This document shows positions 8,701-9,846 of a stretch of DNA of 9,846 nucleotides, piece after piece. Under the pieces are notes generated by a model. The model saw only the letters and a list, made by a program, of their open reading frames with translations, made no database searches and was not told the DNA's origin. A program made the translations under genes and the position numbers. Each line of letters begins with the position of its first letter. Position 1 is the stretch's first letter. The stretch covers positions 1 to 9,846 of the forward strand of contig NW_021827624.1 in the NCBI RefSeq assembly GCF_006345805.1, given 5' to 3'. The stretch is from Octopus sinensis. Taxonomy: Eukaryota.

Positions 8701-9230
8701 GTATATTAACATGATGTCCTATCGTAATATAAAGATTCTCAGATCAGCAGTGTGTGCAATTCTGGTGGTTTACAGTGCCTTTTAATCTCAATGTAGCTTC
8801 ATCACTTTTTGGAAAGTGTGAATCTTCTACACACATTAACCAAATACCGCTTGCTAAACTCCCCTCTTCGGTCCAGATAATCTTCATTATGGGAATCGAA
8901 TATTCTTGGAATGTAACTTTGCCAATGACGACGCTTCACAATGCGATGGACACCTGCTTTTGAAATTCCTCTCTCACGACTAGATTGGTGCCTTAGATTT
9001 TCTTGAACTCTGACGATATGCTTCTAGTACCCTTCCGTGCTTTGCGGAGCTCGTCGATGTCTGCGGTTTTCCGGAACAGTTCTCGCGAGCATTCGGAACA
9101 GTTCCATCTGCTTTAAAACTTATCTCTAATTCAACAGATGGTAAGACGCGTAGGTGGGTCTGTGGGAAATTTTTCGATAGCACTTTAGCACAAATCTCCT
9201 TTGTCTGAAATTTAGCTTGTCTTCTTTTAT
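8701..9230 (-). pseudogene. Tc1/mariner-superfamily transposase pseudogene, N-terminal half (rosa/DD41D-like, DUF4817-type HTH)
   Basis: Manual translation across frameshifts: IKEDKLNFRQRRFVLKCYRK / FPTDPPTRLTIC*IRDKF / KADGTVPNARENCSGKPQTSTS...SSRKS / HQSSRERGISKAGVHRIVKRRHWQSYIPRIFDSHNEDYLDRRGEFSKRYL / MCVEDSHFPKSDEATLRLKGTVNHQNCTHC*SENLYITIGHHVNI. SDEA..L.G.VN..N is the first catalytic-Asp motif. The subfamily is inferred; the DD41D spacing itself is not in the window. Confidence 0.9.
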
Positions 9231-9290
9231 TATTTCTAATGGGTTAAATATAAAAAGAAATGAAAATTAAGTGAGTTATCAGCTGTTAAA

Positions 9291-9322
9291 CTGTAAATAC
9301 ATTTTCTGGGACGCCACGTCTA
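9291..9322 (-). repeat. Degenerate 5' terminal inverted repeat of the Tc1/mariner element with TA target site
   Basis: Minus strand reads TA-GACGTGGCGTCCCAGAAAATGTATTTACAG, similar to CAGGGTGTCCCA...-type TIRs; ~60-90 bp upstream of the decayed start; abuts (TA)n. No partner TIR seen. Confidence 0.6.
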
Positions 9323-9459
9323 TATAAAAATATATATAAACATACATATATATATAGATATGTATATGTATGCAAGTATATATATATATATTATATATTA
9401 TATATATATATATATGTATACGTATATGTAAAATATATAGATAGACATTCATACATATA

Positions 9460-9515
<56 letters not shown>

Positions 9516-9524
9516 CACATACAT
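9321..9524. repeat. (TA)n-rich microsatellite
   Basis: Direct reading. Confidence 0.95.
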
Positions 9525-9846
9525 AAATGCAGATTTGATATAGCTGCTTGAATAAAGGTACGGCTCATTCGGCGGAGATGGGGAATATCGTTATCATAAA
9601 AATGCTGTAAGTATCTTAAAGTATTCTAAAATACACAGTATATCCTCTCTCTTTCCCTTTCTGTCTCTCTTTTCTCTCGCTCTCAACGATAATATCGTTA
9701 GAGAAATGACTGCTATTGCTCAGCCGATTCGTTGGAGATTTTTGCCTTCTTCGAAATATGGCGAATATGACGTTTTCACATTTACAATGCGAACGATAAG
9801 AATTGGAAATAAAATTTTGGAAGAGAAACATAAAAATGTAAATTCG

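Overview
Repeat-dense, non-coding eukaryotic DNA, probably intronic or intergenic. The SINE families resemble those I recall from Octopus (cephalopod) genomes; this is recognition from memory, not a database match. I see no intact host gene, and nearly all ORFs in the track are microsatellite or SINE read-through. The window holds seven tRNA-derived SINE loci. Two have amplified internally into tandem arrays: 5 x ~170 bp inside a SINE with a 13-bp TSD, and 6 x ~183 bp on the minus strand. It also holds the 3' end of an RTE-clade LINE (C-terminal C2H2 finger), a decayed Tc1/mariner transposon (rosa/DD41D-like) with 5' TIR and transposase N-half at 8701-9322 (-), two pieces of an unclassified repeat, and long GGT/GAT, TA and AAT microsatellites. 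Several fold-back structures are present (100-303, 561-594, 6547-6676, 6802-6894). The most unusual features are a 352-bp direct-repeat plus fold-back module at 6382-6894 and a 3' stem-loop shared, with compensatory changes, between a SINE and the RTE LINE. I cannot establish a new biological system from sequence alone.
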